Assembly: GCA_045863855.1 (NCBI GenBank) | Contig: BTVV01000019.1 | Span: 11,325 to 75,324, forward strand | Length of the DNA stretch: 64,000 nt | Reading direction: 5' to 3' | Origin: Planctomycetota bacterium | Lineage (GTDB): Bacteria; Planctomycetota; SZUA-567; H5-PLA8 | In this document: piece after piece, positions 45,370 to 55,419 of the stretch | Layout: every line of letters starts with the position of its first letter | How positions within the stretch are numbered: the first letter of the stretch is position 1 | Made by a program: the position numbers and the translations under genes | The notes under the pieces: generated by a model | The model's input: only the letters and a program-made list of their open reading frames with translations | The model's database searches: none | What the model was told of the DNA's origin: nothing

Positions 45370-46656
45370 ATGCCCTGCCCCGCCGCCCCGCTCGTTCGCT
45401 CCAAGCCCGCCCTCCTCGGCGGCAAGCCCTTGGTCACGCCCGCCATGCGCGTCACTTGGCCTCCGCGCGGCGAGCCCGAACGCAAAGCGATCCTGGAAGT
45501 GCTTGAGAGCGGCCAATGGTGGCGCGGCGGAACGCGGCAGCAAATGGCGCAGAGCGTGACCGGCCGCTTCGAACGCGCCTTCGCCAAGTGGCAGGGCGCG
45601 AAGCACGCACTCTGCGTAAGCAACGGAACCGCCGCGCTGGAGCTGGCGCTGAAGGCCGGCGGTGTGGAAGCCGGCGACGAAGTAATCGTTCCCGCACTCT
45701 CGTTTGTCGCCACCGCCACCGCCGTACCGCTCATCGGCGCGCGCGCGGTCTTCGCCGACGCCGATCCCGAAACCTACCAGACCGATCCGGCCAGCGTCGA
45801 AGCCGCCATCACGCCGCGCACGAAGGCCATCGTCGTCGTCCACTACGGCGGCTACTGCGCCGACATGGACCGCTTCACCAAGCTCGCGAAGAAGCATAAA
45901 CTCCTGCTCATCGAAGACTGCGCGCACGCGCAAGGCAGCCAGTGGCGCGGCCGCGGCGCCGGTTCCTGGGGCGACGCCGGCTGCTTCAGCTTTCAGCAAA
46001 GCAAAGCGCTCACCGCCGGCGAAGGCGGCGCCGTCATCTCCAACAGCGACGTCCTCGCCGAAAAGCTCTACAGCTACCATCACCTCGGCCGCCTCGAAGA
46101 CCAGGGCTTCTACGACTTCCACCGCGTCGCCTGGAACCTCCGCCTCACCGAATGGCAAGGCGCGATCCTGAACGAACAGCTCAAGCGCGTGAAGAAGCTG
46201 ACCTTGATCAAGCAGCGCAACGGCGCCTGGTTGAGCAAACGGCTCGAACAGCTCGGCGGCCTGCTCCCGCTCAAGCGCGATCCGCGCATCACACGCCGCG
46301 GCTACTATTTCTATCTGATGCGTTACGACGCCCGCGCCTTCGGCGGACTCGCCAAAGCCCGGTTCGTCCAGGCGCTGCAAGCCGAAGGACTCCCGGTCAG
46401 CCAGGCATACGGCCGCGCAATCCAGCGCAATCCGGTCTTCGCGCAGATGAAAGACGAGCGCGGACGCCTGATCTACGCCCGCACAAGCACCCCGAACGCC
46501 GACCGGATCTGCGCCGAAACGCAGCTCACGCTCGGACACACCGCTTTACTCTCCCGGCCGCTCTTGGAAGCGTTTGTCGCCTCGGTCGAACGCATCCGGG
46601 CGCATGCAAGCGAAATCAGGAATCAAGGCCAGGATGCCGCGCGCGCGGCGGGATGA
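45370..46656 (+). CDS. DegT/DnrJ/EryC1/StrS PLP-dependent aminotransferase
   Basis: VSNGTAAL, GDEVIVP, EDCAHAQG, FSFQQSKALTAGEGG (PLP Lys). Confidence 0.93.
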   Translation: MPCPAAPLVRSKPALLGGKPLVTPAMRVTWPPRGEPERKAILEVLESGQWWRGGTRQQMAQSVTGRFERAFAKWQGAKHALCVSNGTAALELALKAGGVEAGDEVIVPALSFVATATAVPLIGARAVFADADPETYQTDPASVEAAITPRTKAIVVVHYGGYCADMDRFTKLAKKHKLLLIEDCAHAQGSQWRGRGAGSWGDAGCFSFQQSKALTAGEGGAVISNSDVLAEKLYSYHHLGRLEDQGFYDFHRVAWNLRLTEWQGAILNEQLKRVKKLTLIKQRNGAWLSKRLEQLGGLLPLKRDPRITRRGYYFYLMRYDARAFGGLAKARFVQALQAEGLPVSQAYGRAIQRNPVFAQMKDERGRLIYARTSTPNADRICAETQLTLGHTALLSRPLLEAFVASVERIRAHASEIRNQGQDAARAAG

Positions 46657-46662
46657 TGCCTG

Positions 46663-47958
46663 TCACGCTTCCGGCGGCGGCGGCACCGCGCCGCTGCCGC
46701 GCACGAAGACCAGCCCGCGCAGTCTGAAGAGCACCGCCGATACGCTGAACAGCGTGAAAACGCCCAGCGCCAGCAGGCATTGCTGGACATCCCAGCCCAG
46801 CTTCGAACGCATCAGCGCGTAGCATCCGCCGCCCGCGGCAATGAACAGGAAGTTCACGAAGTTGTAGGTGCCCAGAATCCGCCCCACCAGCTTGTCCGGG
46901 CTGCGCGCCTGAATGATCGACTGGAACGGGATGATGAAGCAGCCCGCGAAACCGCCCAGCACCAGCAAAATGCCCTGAAGCTTCACGTAACTGGGATCGC
47001 CGAGGCCGCCGGGTTCCGCCGCCGCCGGAAGAGGCAGAAGCCCCATCGCCGCGTAGCACGCCGCCATGCCCGCAACACCCAGCGGAACCGAGTTCAAATT
47101 CCGTGCGGCGTCCTTGAACAAATACCCCGCCAGCACGCTCCCGACTCCGATCCCGATCATCAGCGGACCCACCAGCAGCGCCACCGCTTGATCGTCGATG
47201 AAAAGCGTCGCCTTGAAATCCGGCAGCGCGAGCACCGTCATCACCGCGATCTGGTAGAAAAGCCCGCCGCCCAGGCACAGCCACAGCAGCACCCCGTCGC
47301 GACCCATGAACCCCAGTGCATTCCAGTACGGACCGACCGGCGTGCGCGAATAAGTAAGCCCGGGATCGCGAGCCGTCACGTGCGTCAGGAAAAAGCTGGA
47401 GATCATCCCCGCCAGAGCGAGCCCCACCATGATCAGCCCCGGCGCGTAGTCGTGCTCCGGGTAGCGTTTGCTCAAGAAGCCGCCCAGCAACTCGCCGCTC
47501 AGGATGCCGACATTGGTAAGCATGTTGATCGTCCCGTTCGCGCGCCCCAGCGCGTCGCGTTCGAGGATTTCCGGAATCATCCCGTACTTGGCCGGCCCGA
47601 AGTAAGTCGCCTGCAGCGCCAGAACCATCAGCGAGGCCAGACCCAGCGAGAAGCTTTGCGTGGCGAGCGCCACGAGCGCCGCGAGCGAGATGGGAACTTC
47701 GAGGATCTTCATCCAGACGGCCACGCGCGTCTTGCTGTTGCGGTCGCCGAATTGCCCCGCCCAGCCGCTGAAGACGATGAACGGTAGCGTGAAGAGCATC
47801 GTCACGATGCCCTGCCCGCCGTCGCCCAGCACCCCGGCCCAGACGCCGCCGGTCGTCACCTGCAGGATCAGGAACTGCTTCCACAGGTTGTCGTTGACCG
47901 CGCCGAAGAACTGCGTCACCAGCAACGCGTTGAATCCGCGGGTGAATACGCGCTGCAT
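46663..47958 (-). CDS. MFS transporter (LplT/Aas N-terminal-like)
   Basis: TQFFGAVNDNLWK, LPFIVFSGWAG, FGPAKYGMIPE, RANG; many TM segments. Confidence 0.88.
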   Translation of the reverse strand: MQRVFTRGFNALLVTQFFGAVNDNLWKQFLILQVTTGGVWAGVLGDGGQGIVTMLFTLPFIVFSGWAGQFGDRNSKTRVAVWMKILEVPISLAALVALATQSFSLGLASLMVLALQATYFGPAKYGMIPEILERDALGRANGTINMLTNVGILSGELLGGFLSKRYPEHDYAPGLIMVGLALAGMISSFFLTHVTARDPGLTYSRTPVGPYWNALGFMGRDGVLLWLCLGGGLFYQIAVMTVLALPDFKATLFIDDQAVALLVGPLMIGIGVGSVLAGYLFKDAARNLNSVPLGVAGMAACYAAMGLLPLPAAAEPGGLGDPSYVKLQGILLVLGGFAGCFIIPFQSIIQARSPDKLVGRILGTYNFVNFLFIAAGGGCYALMRSKLGWDVQQCLLALGVFTLFSVSAVLFRLRGLVFVRGSGAVPPPPEA

Positions 47959-48180
47959 GCCGGCGCCTCGATCGAAGTGGACGGAGCGCCGTGAAGAATA
48001 GCCGCGTTCGCCGCGCCCGAAAGCGGCAAAGCCGGTATTTCGCTAAGCGGTCTCACCTAAGTCATTTGCCTTAGACTGTGCCGTTTCCCCTCCTTGCCAA
48101 GGAAAGGTAGGGCAGGTGGACTCAACAAGCCGCGCGCAATGCGCTTCATTAAAGAAAGAAACTTTTGCGAGACCGCATAG

Positions 48181-48495
48181 CTACGAGCGTTCGCCCTCCG
48201 GCAAGCTTCGCTCCATCCAAGATCGTGCGGGCGGCTCGCACTTGAACGTGCAGACCTCGCAGCGCGGACCGAACGCGAACGGCGCCGATTGACGCAGCTC
48301 GCGTTTTAGATCCGCGGCGGCCACGGGAACGCGCCCATAAAACGCGTTCCCTTCCGTAAAGCCCGAGACCCAGTAATACCCGGTTTCCGGACTTGGTTCG
48401 ATGATGACCAGATTCTCGCGCTGCCGTATCGCCACCGCATAACCAGGCAACGGCACGAATGCGTGCTCGGATTCTAGTTTCCGTTCCGGTTGCAT
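48181..48495 (-). CDS. Small hypothetical protein with CxxC
   Basis: 104-aa ORF from ATG 48495 after a GAGAGG RBS; RCEVCTFKC. Confidence 0.5.
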   Translation of the reverse strand: MQPERKLESEHAFVPLPGYAVAIRQRENLVIIEPSPETGYYWVSGFTEGNAFYGRVPVAAADLKRELRQSAPFAFGPRCEVCTFKCEPPARSWMERSLPEGERS

Positions 48496-48709
48496 ATCGC
48501 CTGCCTCTCTACAACCACACATAGTGCAAGATACGCGATCAAATCGCAGACTGGCAAGTTTTTGAAACGCGGAGGTTTCAGACGTTGCAGATAAGAGCAC
48601 GTAACGGTGTACAAGTGCGTACGAAAGGCGCTCTTCAGACCCTTCCAATGACCGGCAAGACCTTACGCATGAACAAGAGGCAGGACGCGGCAATCGTGGC
48701 CATCGCCTA

Positions 48710-50815
48710 TCAAGGCTTGAACGGCACACGCGTACCGGCCAAGCTCGCTTCGAGCAACTCCTGCGGACCCAGCACGAACACATCCTGCTCCGCGCCACGC
48801 GAAACCGTCACCGCGAAACCCTCGCCCCGCGTTTCCCACGCGACGCCGGTAACCGTGCGCGGCGCATCGCCTTTCAGCGGCTCCAGCACCGCCGCGAAAC
48901 GCACCTGTTTCCCCGAGCGCGTCAGCGCCGCCAGCGGCACGCGCTCCTCCACCGATGCGCCTGCGCCATCGCCAATCAGAACGCTCGTCTCGGGCTGCGC
49001 GTCGAAGAGTGCTTCGGTCGCCACCTCCGCGCCAGAGAAGCGAACCCGAAGCGCTTCGTTCGAACGGCCTGCCTTCACCTTGCGCAGGTATTCGGCGCCC
49101 GTGTACCCCTTGGGCAGAGCGCCATCCTCCGCCGCCGCCGCGCACTCGGCCTGCGTGCCCCGATGGTGGAACCACCAGTCGAAGCGCCGCTCCCGGTCCG
49201 CGTCCAGCGCGTCAAAGACAAGCAGATACCGCGCCGTCAGCGCCAGCCAGCGCCGCTGCATCACGCCCTTGTACGCGCTCGCGCACCGCGCTCCGGCCAC
49301 CGTCACGCCTTCTCCCGACCCGAAACCCAGCAGATCCCCCGCCGCGCCGTCCTGCGACTTTCCGTCCACCACCACGGCGTTGTGGCTCACCGTCGCGCGG
49401 TACCAGTTTCCGTGGATCGGCAGGCGGTAGGCCTGGCTCTTCGCGCGCCCGGGATCGACGCCCAATTCCGCGCCGTGCCCGAAGAAGACGAAACTCAGCT
49501 TATCGAAATGCCCGTGAAAGCCGCCGAACGGGCCGAAGGTCATCACGCCCGCCAACTCGCCCGAACGCAAGATGGCATGCCCCGCGCCGGGAAAGACTGC
49601 GCTCTCCAGCGCCTGACGTTCGGCCGCTTGTTCCGTATCGCGCCCCAACTGCACCGAAAACCAGCGCGGCTCCTTCAGCAGCACCGCCAGGATCGCCGGA
49701 TCGCGGTACGCGTGATACGCCGCCTCCATCCGCTCGTCGCCGTCGACGCGGGTGGTCACGTCGTCCCCGAAGCGCGGAAGCGTCCCGTCCGGCATCGTGT
49801 ACCGCACCGGCAGCGTGAACATCTTGCGAAACGCCGGGTGGCTCCAGACATCCACCCCGATCCGACGCGCGCATTCGGCGATCTGCACCAGCGCCGAAAG
49901 CGTATAAAAGTGGTAGCCCCAACTGTTCTCGTACCACATCCCTTCCGCCGTCACCGAATGCTCCATCTGCCAGGCGAAGCCCTGCCCGTCCTGCGCCAGC
50001 GCCTTGCGCACCCACTCCGCGTCGTCCATGGCCGCGCCGCCGCAGATCATCGCGGCGTTGTGCCAGGTCTGCCAATTGCTCTTGCCCGCTTTGTGCTTGT
50101 CGATGTTCTTCAGCATCGGCAGCAGCAGTCCGTCGCGAATCTGCCCGCGCTCTTCGGCGCTCAACGCGCCGTGCATCAAATCGAAGGCCGGCGCGATCCG
50201 CGTCGCCATCCACGACGCTTCGCCCAGCGTCTGCTCGTTTAAATGACCGCCCGTCTTCGCCGCCGCCGCGCCTTCCTTGCAGGCGTTGTCGTGATACGGA
50301 TAGGTCCGGTACCGTTCGGCGTAACCCAGCAGCACGCGCTTGGCGAACTCCGCGTACTTCGCCTCGCCCGTCACCGCGTGCGCCCACGCGGCGTCCAGCA
50401 TCCCGCGCAGATTCGCCTCATGCACCCGGTAAAACACGACGTCGTCGTACGGCGCGCCCGTGTACACCTTCTTGCAGCGCGGGCACTGGTGGCCGTCCTT
50501 CACCTTCACGAGAAAGTGCTGGCACGGCTCGCATTGATACCATTGGTTGTGCTGAGCGCCGCGCGGAGGGAAAACCAGCTCCGCCGCCAGCGCCTTCTCG
50601 GCTTCGTTCACGCGCCAAAGCACCGCCTTGTGCGGCAGTCCCTCGCCCTTCCACGCCGCGCGCAGACGCTCCAGCTCCTCTGGCGTGCACGCCACGCACG
50701 GATGCCGCGGCGGATCGGGCAGCTTGATCTCCGGCATCTTCCACGCCTCCCCCGCTCCGCACGCGCCGGCCAGCAGCACCACGAACCACCACGCCCCGAC
50801 CGCACGCCTCGCCAT
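48710..50815 (-). CDS. Secreted heparinase II/III-domain polysaccharide lyase (PL17/oligo-alginate lyase-like)
   Basis: SNWQTWHN, GMWYENSWGYHFY, PRFGD, HGHFDKLS, WYRATVSHNAVVVDGKSQ. Confidence 0.85.
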   Translation of the reverse strand: MARRAVGAWWFVVLLAGACGAGEAWKMPEIKLPDPPRHPCVACTPEELERLRAAWKGEGLPHKAVLWRVNEAEKALAAELVFPPRGAQHNQWYQCEPCQHFLVKVKDGHQCPRCKKVYTGAPYDDVVFYRVHEANLRGMLDAAWAHAVTGEAKYAEFAKRVLLGYAERYRTYPYHDNACKEGAAAAKTGGHLNEQTLGEASWMATRIAPAFDLMHGALSAEERGQIRDGLLLPMLKNIDKHKAGKSNWQTWHNAAMICGGAAMDDAEWVRKALAQDGQGFAWQMEHSVTAEGMWYENSWGYHFYTLSALVQIAECARRIGVDVWSHPAFRKMFTLPVRYTMPDGTLPRFGDDVTTRVDGDERMEAAYHAYRDPAILAVLLKEPRWFSVQLGRDTEQAAERQALESAVFPGAGHAILRSGELAGVMTFGPFGGFHGHFDKLSFVFFGHGAELGVDPGRAKSQAYRLPIHGNWYRATVSHNAVVVDGKSQDGAAGDLLGFGSGEGVTVAGARCASAYKGVMQRRWLALTARYLLVFDALDADRERRFDWWFHHRGTQAECAAAAEDGALPKGYTGAEYLRKVKAGRSNEALRVRFSGAEVATEALFDAQPETSVLIGDGAGASVEERVPLAALTRSGKQVRFAAVLEPLKGDAPRTVTGVAWETRGEGFAVTVSRGAEQDVFVLGPQELLEASLAGTRVPFKP

Positions 50816-50947
50816 AACGGTCCCTCGCCCAAGCGCGCTGCCCGATCCGGTATTGCCTACACCGTGATGGCCAGACGATGGTCCGCGCAATGCCCGAACC
50901 TGGGCCACGCAACGGCCCGCCGTAAACGCCTCCCGCCCACGGCGAAG

Positions 50948-52009
50948 CTACTCCGACTTCAGCGACGCCATATCGATCGAGAAGCGGTACTTCACGTCGG
51001 ACTTCTCGATCCGCCTCCACGCTTCGTTGACCTTCTGAATGGGAATAACCTCCACATCCGACGTGATGTGGTGCTCGCCGCAAAAATCGAGCATCTCCTG
51101 CGTCTCGGGAAGGCCCCCGATCGGCGATCCCGAAAAGCTGCGCCGTCCGAAGATCAGGCCGAAGACCGCCACCGGCAGCGGCTTATCCGGTGCGCCGACC
51201 ATCGTAAGATTTCCGTCGCGTGCCAGGAGGTTGATGTAAGCGTTGATGTCGTGCGGAGCGGCGACGCAGTCGAGAATAAAATCGAAGCTGCTCGCGTGCT
51301 TCTTCATCGCGCCGGCGTCCTTGGAGATCACCACCTCGTTCGCGCCGAGACGCAAAGCGTCCTCCGTCTTGCCTGGAGACGTGGTGAAGACCACCGTGTG
51401 CGCCCCGAAGGCACGGGCGAACTTGACGCCCATATGACCAAGCCCGCCGAGACCGACGATCCCCACCTTCTTACCCTTGCCCACCTTCCAATGCCGCATC
51501 GGCGAGTAGGTCGTGATCCCCGCGCACAGCAGCGGAGCCGCCGCGGCCAGATTCAGGTTGGACGGGATGCGCAGCACGAATCGCTCGTCCACGACGATGC
51601 TTTCGGAATAGCCCCCATACGTCACCGGCGCGGTCTGGTGCTTGTCCGGGAATCCGTAGGTAAGGATCTGGTTCGCGCAGAACTGTTCGAGCCCCGAGCG
51701 GCATTGGGGACAACTCTGGTCCGAATCCACCAGACAGCCCACGCCCACAAGATCCCCCGCCTTGAACTTCGTGACCGCCGAGCCCGCTTTCTGCACCCGG
51801 CCGACGATCTCGTGCCCCGGCACGCAGGGGTAAACCGCCGGCAAAAAATCCTTCCATTCGTTGCGCGCGTAATGCAGGTCGGAGTGGCAGATGCCGCAGA
51901 AGAGTATCTCGATCTGAACGTCGCGCTCCGTCGGATCGCGGCGCGGAATCTTCGCGGAAGCCAGCACCGATGTCGCGCTGGCGGCCGAATAAGCCCTCGT
52001 TTGGTACAT
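50948..52009 (-). CDS. Zinc-dependent NAD(P)H alcohol dehydrogenase (YahK/cinnamyl ADH-like)
   Basis: CGICHSD, PGHEIVG, CPQC..LEQFC, LCAGITTY, GLGGLGH, KYRFSID. Confidence 0.95.
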   Translation of the reverse strand: MYQTRAYSAASATSVLASAKIPRRDPTERDVQIEILFCGICHSDLHYARNEWKDFLPAVYPCVPGHEIVGRVQKAGSAVTKFKAGDLVGVGCLVDSDQSCPQCRSGLEQFCANQILTYGFPDKHQTAPVTYGGYSESIVVDERFVLRIPSNLNLAAAAPLLCAGITTYSPMRHWKVGKGKKVGIVGLGGLGHMGVKFARAFGAHTVVFTTSPGKTEDALRLGANEVVISKDAGAMKKHASSFDFILDCVAAPHDINAYINLLARDGNLTMVGAPDKPLPVAVFGLIFGRRSFSGSPIGGLPETQEMLDFCGEHHITSDVEVIPIQKVNEAWRRIEKSDVKYRFSIDMASLKSE

Positions 52010-52032
52010 GGCGATGCTCCTGGGGTTTGGGG

Positions 52033-52431
52033 TTAACGTGCTCCGTACTGCTCGTCCGTAACCTGCTCCAACCACTCGACGGCCTTGCCCTCGAGCTTCT
52101 CGTGAACCGCGAAATGCGTCATGCCCGTCGAAGACGTAGCGCCGTGCCAGTGCTTTTCGCCCGGCGCGAACCAGATCACATCCCCCGGCCGGATCTCTTC
52201 CACCGGACCGCCCCAGCGCTGCGCCCAGCCGCATCCGGAAGTCACGATCAACGTCTGGCCCAACGGGTGCGTATGCCAGGCCGTCCGCGCGCCCGGCTCG
52301 AACGTAACGCTCGCGCCCGCCGTCCGCGCCGGAGCCGGAGCATCGAACAACCGGTCGATCCGCACCGATCCTTTGAAGTAAGCCTCCGGCCCCTTCTCCG
52401 ATGGCTTGGAACCGCAGCGGCTGATCTCCAT
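52033..52431 (-). CDS. Cupin domain protein
   Basis: [37 protein letters not shown]. Confidence 0.93.
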   Translation of the reverse strand: MEISRCGSKPSEKGPEAYFKGSVRIDRLFDAPAPARTAGASVTFEPGARTAWHTHPLGQTLIVTSGCGWAQRWGGPVEEIRPGDVIWFAPGEKHWHGATSSTGMTHFAVHEKLEGKAVEWLEQVTDEQYGAR

Positions 52432-52583
52432 GTATCGTCTCCTTAAAGTGCCGGGAAGCTGGCGCGGTCCGATTGTACCGAAAGGCAGGCCGTGAGGAAC
52501 GGTCTGTCCGCGCAAAGCGTCGGATCGCGCTACGAATCGTTACGTGGCAAGAGGATCGGAAAGCGTCGCACGGTGAGGAAAAA

Positions 52584-52660
52584 TGGTGGGCGATACAGGA
52601 TTCGAACCTGTGACCCCCAGCTTGTCGAGCTGGTGCTCTAGCCAGCTGAGCTAATCGCCC
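52584..52660 (-). tRNA. trnV: tRNA-Val(GAC)
   Basis: Cloverleaf: GGGCGAT/ATCGCCC acceptor stem, CCAGC-TCGACAA-GCTGG anticodon arm, GGTTCGAATCC T arm, encoded CCA. Confidence 0.95.
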
Positions 52661-52750
52661 GTGCGAAAGGGAGCCTAGTCAACCATCCTCGCCGCGGAAG
52701 TCAAGTGCAAGCGAATGGGAGTGCGATTCCCCAACCGCGGCCGGCGCCGC

Positions 52751-53749
52751 TCAATTCGGTGCCCCGTCCTCGCCCGGATACATCGCCGGAGCCGTCTGCG
52801 AATAGTATCGATTCAGCAACGTACGGCTCGCTTCGTCGTGACCCACCGCCTCCAGCGCGTAAGCCAGCAGGCTCAGATGCAACTCCGGAGCCACCGCCAC
52901 CGTCTCCCACTCCGCTTGCCGCAGCCACTCCAGCGCCTGCCGCGCGCCCCACAACAGCGAACGGCCTTCCTCCGCGCGCGGAGGATGCGTGGTCCGCACC
53001 AATGCCGGCGTTTCCGCGTCCGCGTGGTTCATCCGCAGCCGGTCGTACATCTCGTCCACCGACGTGAAACCCTTATCGTCCGGCGTGGCGTAGAAGAAAT
53101 CGCACCACGCCTGGCTCTCGCGATGCGCCGCCACCGCGCGCAGATACACCGGCACCGCCGCCGCGCGCAGCGCGCTCGTACCCGACGCACCCGAAGGATG
53201 CTCCAGCGCCCGCGCGAACTCCTCCCGCAGCAGCGGCGCCAGCGTCTGCGCCCGCGCGCCCAGCCGAGCGATCAGCCAGTAGCCCGAGTAGCGCGTGCGC
53301 AGGTCCTGCGCCTCGAGTAATCGCGGCAACTGCAACAGCGCCTCGTCCCCGGCCGCTTCCAGAGCCGCGAACGCCTCCGCGCGCACCGCGGCCTCACGGT
53401 CGTTCATGCGGTCCACCCACGCCCAGACGCTGTGCTCGCCGATCGTCGGACCCAGCAGGAGCCGGTCCAGCGCGTACCGCAACGGCTCCTCGCGCGCTCC
53501 GGCGCGCGCCTGCAGCAACTCCGGCACACACGACGGGCCCAAACGCCGCAGCGCCCGCGCCGCTTCTTCGCGTGTCTCGTAGTCAGGGTGGGTCAGTTGA
53601 GCGAGCAATGCGGCGAACGCAGGAGCCGGCGGCCCGTTTTTCTCGAGCATCTGGCCGGCCCGCAGCGGCGAGGTGTACAGGATGAGCCCGAGGACGGCCG
53701 CCGCAGCCACGGATCGAGCGCGACAACATAGGTGCGTCACCTGGGGCAT
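52751..53749 (-). CDS. Secreted HEAT-repeat-like hypothetical protein
   Basis: Signal peptide; LTHPDYETREEAARAL and MNDREAAVRAEAFAAL helical repeats; GGAGG RBS. Confidence 0.7.
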   Translation of the reverse strand: MPQVTHLCCRARSVAAAAVLGLILYTSPLRAGQMLEKNGPPAPAFAALLAQLTHPDYETREEAARALRRLGPSCVPELLQARAGAREEPLRYALDRLLLGPTIGEHSVWAWVDRMNDREAAVRAEAFAALEAAGDEALLQLPRLLEAQDLRTRYSGYWLIARLGARAQTLAPLLREEFARALEHPSGASGTSALRAAAVPVYLRAVAAHRESQAWCDFFYATPDDKGFTSVDEMYDRLRMNHADAETPALVRTTHPPRAEEGRSLLWGARQALEWLRQAEWETVAVAPELHLSLLAYALEAVGHDEASRTLLNRYYSQTAPAMYPGEDGAPN

Positions 53750-54043
53750 ATCGAATCCTCCAACCCCTGTACTCACCCTCCTTATCGGTAAGAATAGCCC
53801 ACTCAACACCCAACGTGCACTTAAAAAGTTAAGCTTTCATCGAATTTATATTTACATACCGTAAATAAATAGGCTTTCGGCATGCACTCCTATGGCAGGC
53901 CACACTGGTTTCAATAGCGTCCTGAAAACCAGTGCGCGCTATGAACCAAGTCAAAAAAAGCCGCCTGCGCGCGTTCCCTTCAGTCCATGGAGTATAGTTA
54001 CCGTTTTGCGCCAGTCCTCACAGCGCCCATCGGGATTCGACCC

Positions 54044-54688
54044 ATGCCTCGTCGCGTTTACATCGCTCGCCACGGCAACCGCATCGACTTCGTCGACAAG
54101 ACTTGGAAAGCCCGCGCCGAACGCCCCCACGATCCGCATCTCTCGCCCGACGGCCTCGATCAAGCCAGGCGCTTGGCCGAACGCATGCGCGCCACCGCCG
54201 TCCGGCACGTCTTCGCCTCGCCCTTTTACCGCTGCGTCCAGACCGCGCACGAGACCGCCGCCGTCCTGGGCCTCCCGCTCAAGATCGAGCACGGCGCCTG
54301 CGAATACCTCAACGCCGAATGGTTCCCCGTAGCCCCCGAATTCCTTCCGCCGGCCCAGTTGGTCCGCGATTTCCCCCGCGTCGACGCCGCCTACACGCCC
54401 CACGTCACCCCCGCCTGGCCCGAACCCAACGAACGCGAACACACCTGGCCGCGCTGCGCCCGGACCATCCGGCTCCTTCTCGAACGCTACGACGGCGATC
54501 TCTTCATCGTCGGACACGGCGCCACCGTCCTGGGCCTCACATACGGCCTGGTCTCCGGCGAACCGCACCTCACCTGCGGCCTCACCGGCTTGGTCGAACT
54601 CGAACAGAACGGCTCGGCCTGGACCCTCGTACGCAACGGCTGTCAGGCGCACCTCGAGTCGACCGAATCCGAAAAGCGCTTCAACTGA
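54044..54688 (+). CDS. Histidine phosphatase family protein
   Basis: IARHG, SPFYRCVQTA, IVGHG. Confidence 0.92.
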   Translation: MPRRVYIARHGNRIDFVDKTWKARAERPHDPHLSPDGLDQARRLAERMRATAVRHVFASPFYRCVQTAHETAAVLGLPLKIEHGACEYLNAEWFPVAPEFLPPAQLVRDFPRVDAAYTPHVTPAWPEPNEREHTWPRCARTIRLLLERYDGDLFIVGHGATVLGLTYGLVSGEPHLTCGLTGLVELEQNGSAWTLVRNGCQAHLESTESEKRFN

Positions 54689-54781
54689 TTACACTTGCGC
54701 ACTCCGCTCGATCCGGCATATCTTGAATGGGCCCATACTATGCAGCCGCATCGAACCCGACTTTCCAAAGGAGAACGAACC

Positions 54782-55381
54782 ATGCGTATGCGTTTGGCCG
54801 TACCGGTCCTCTTGCTCGCGCTGAGCGCCGGCGCCTTCCGCGCCGCCGCCGAAGAAGCCGCGCCGCCCGCCATGGACGAAGCCGCCCTGAAGGCGATTCT
54901 GGAAAGAATGTCGCCCGGCCCCGAGCACGCCGCCTTGATGAAGCAGGCCGGCGCCTACGAAATCGCCTCCAAGGTCTGGATGGACCCCGCCAAGCCGCCC
55001 GAAGAGACCAAGGCCTCGGCCACTTTCACCGCGATCCTCGAGGGCCGTTACCTGCGCCAGGAGTTTCAAGGCAGCATGATGGGCAAGCCCTTCACCGGGC
55101 TGGGCATCGAAGGCTACGACAAGGAAAAGAAGGAATACGTCTGCGTCTGGTTCGACAGCATGGGCCTGATCCCCTTCACGCTGCGCGGCAAGAGCGCCGA
55201 CGGCGGCAAGAACATCGAATACCACGGCTCCTTGCCCTGCCCCATGGACGGCAAGGAAGTCAAACAGCGCTACACCTGCCAGCACCTCGACGAAAACACC
55301 TTCACCTTCACGATGTACGAGACCCGAGAAGGCGGCAAGGAAGTGAAGGGCATGGAAATGACGTACACTCGGAAAAAATAG
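54782..55381 (+). CDS. Secreted DUF1579 family protein
   Basis: [38 protein letters not shown]. Confidence 0.85.
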   Translation: MRMRLAVPVLLLALSAGAFRAAAEEAAPPAMDEAALKAILERMSPGPEHAALMKQAGAYEIASKVWMDPAKPPEETKASATFTAILEGRYLRQEFQGSMMGKPFTGLGIEGYDKEKKEYVCVWFDSMGLIPFTLRGKSADGGKNIEYHGSLPCPMDGKEVKQRYTCQHLDENTFTFTMYETREGGKEVKGMEMTYTRKK

Positions 55382-55419
55382 CAGCACTCGAATCGAACCG
55401 CCGCGGCAAAGGAGGGCGC

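Noticed and set aside
47960..48180. Structured ncRNA in the gap upstream of the MFS gene
   Set aside because: Only short GC-rich hairpins; no recognisable family features.
52440..52700. Integrative element at tRNA-Val
   Set aside because: No integrase and no duplicated tRNA 3' end seen in the window.
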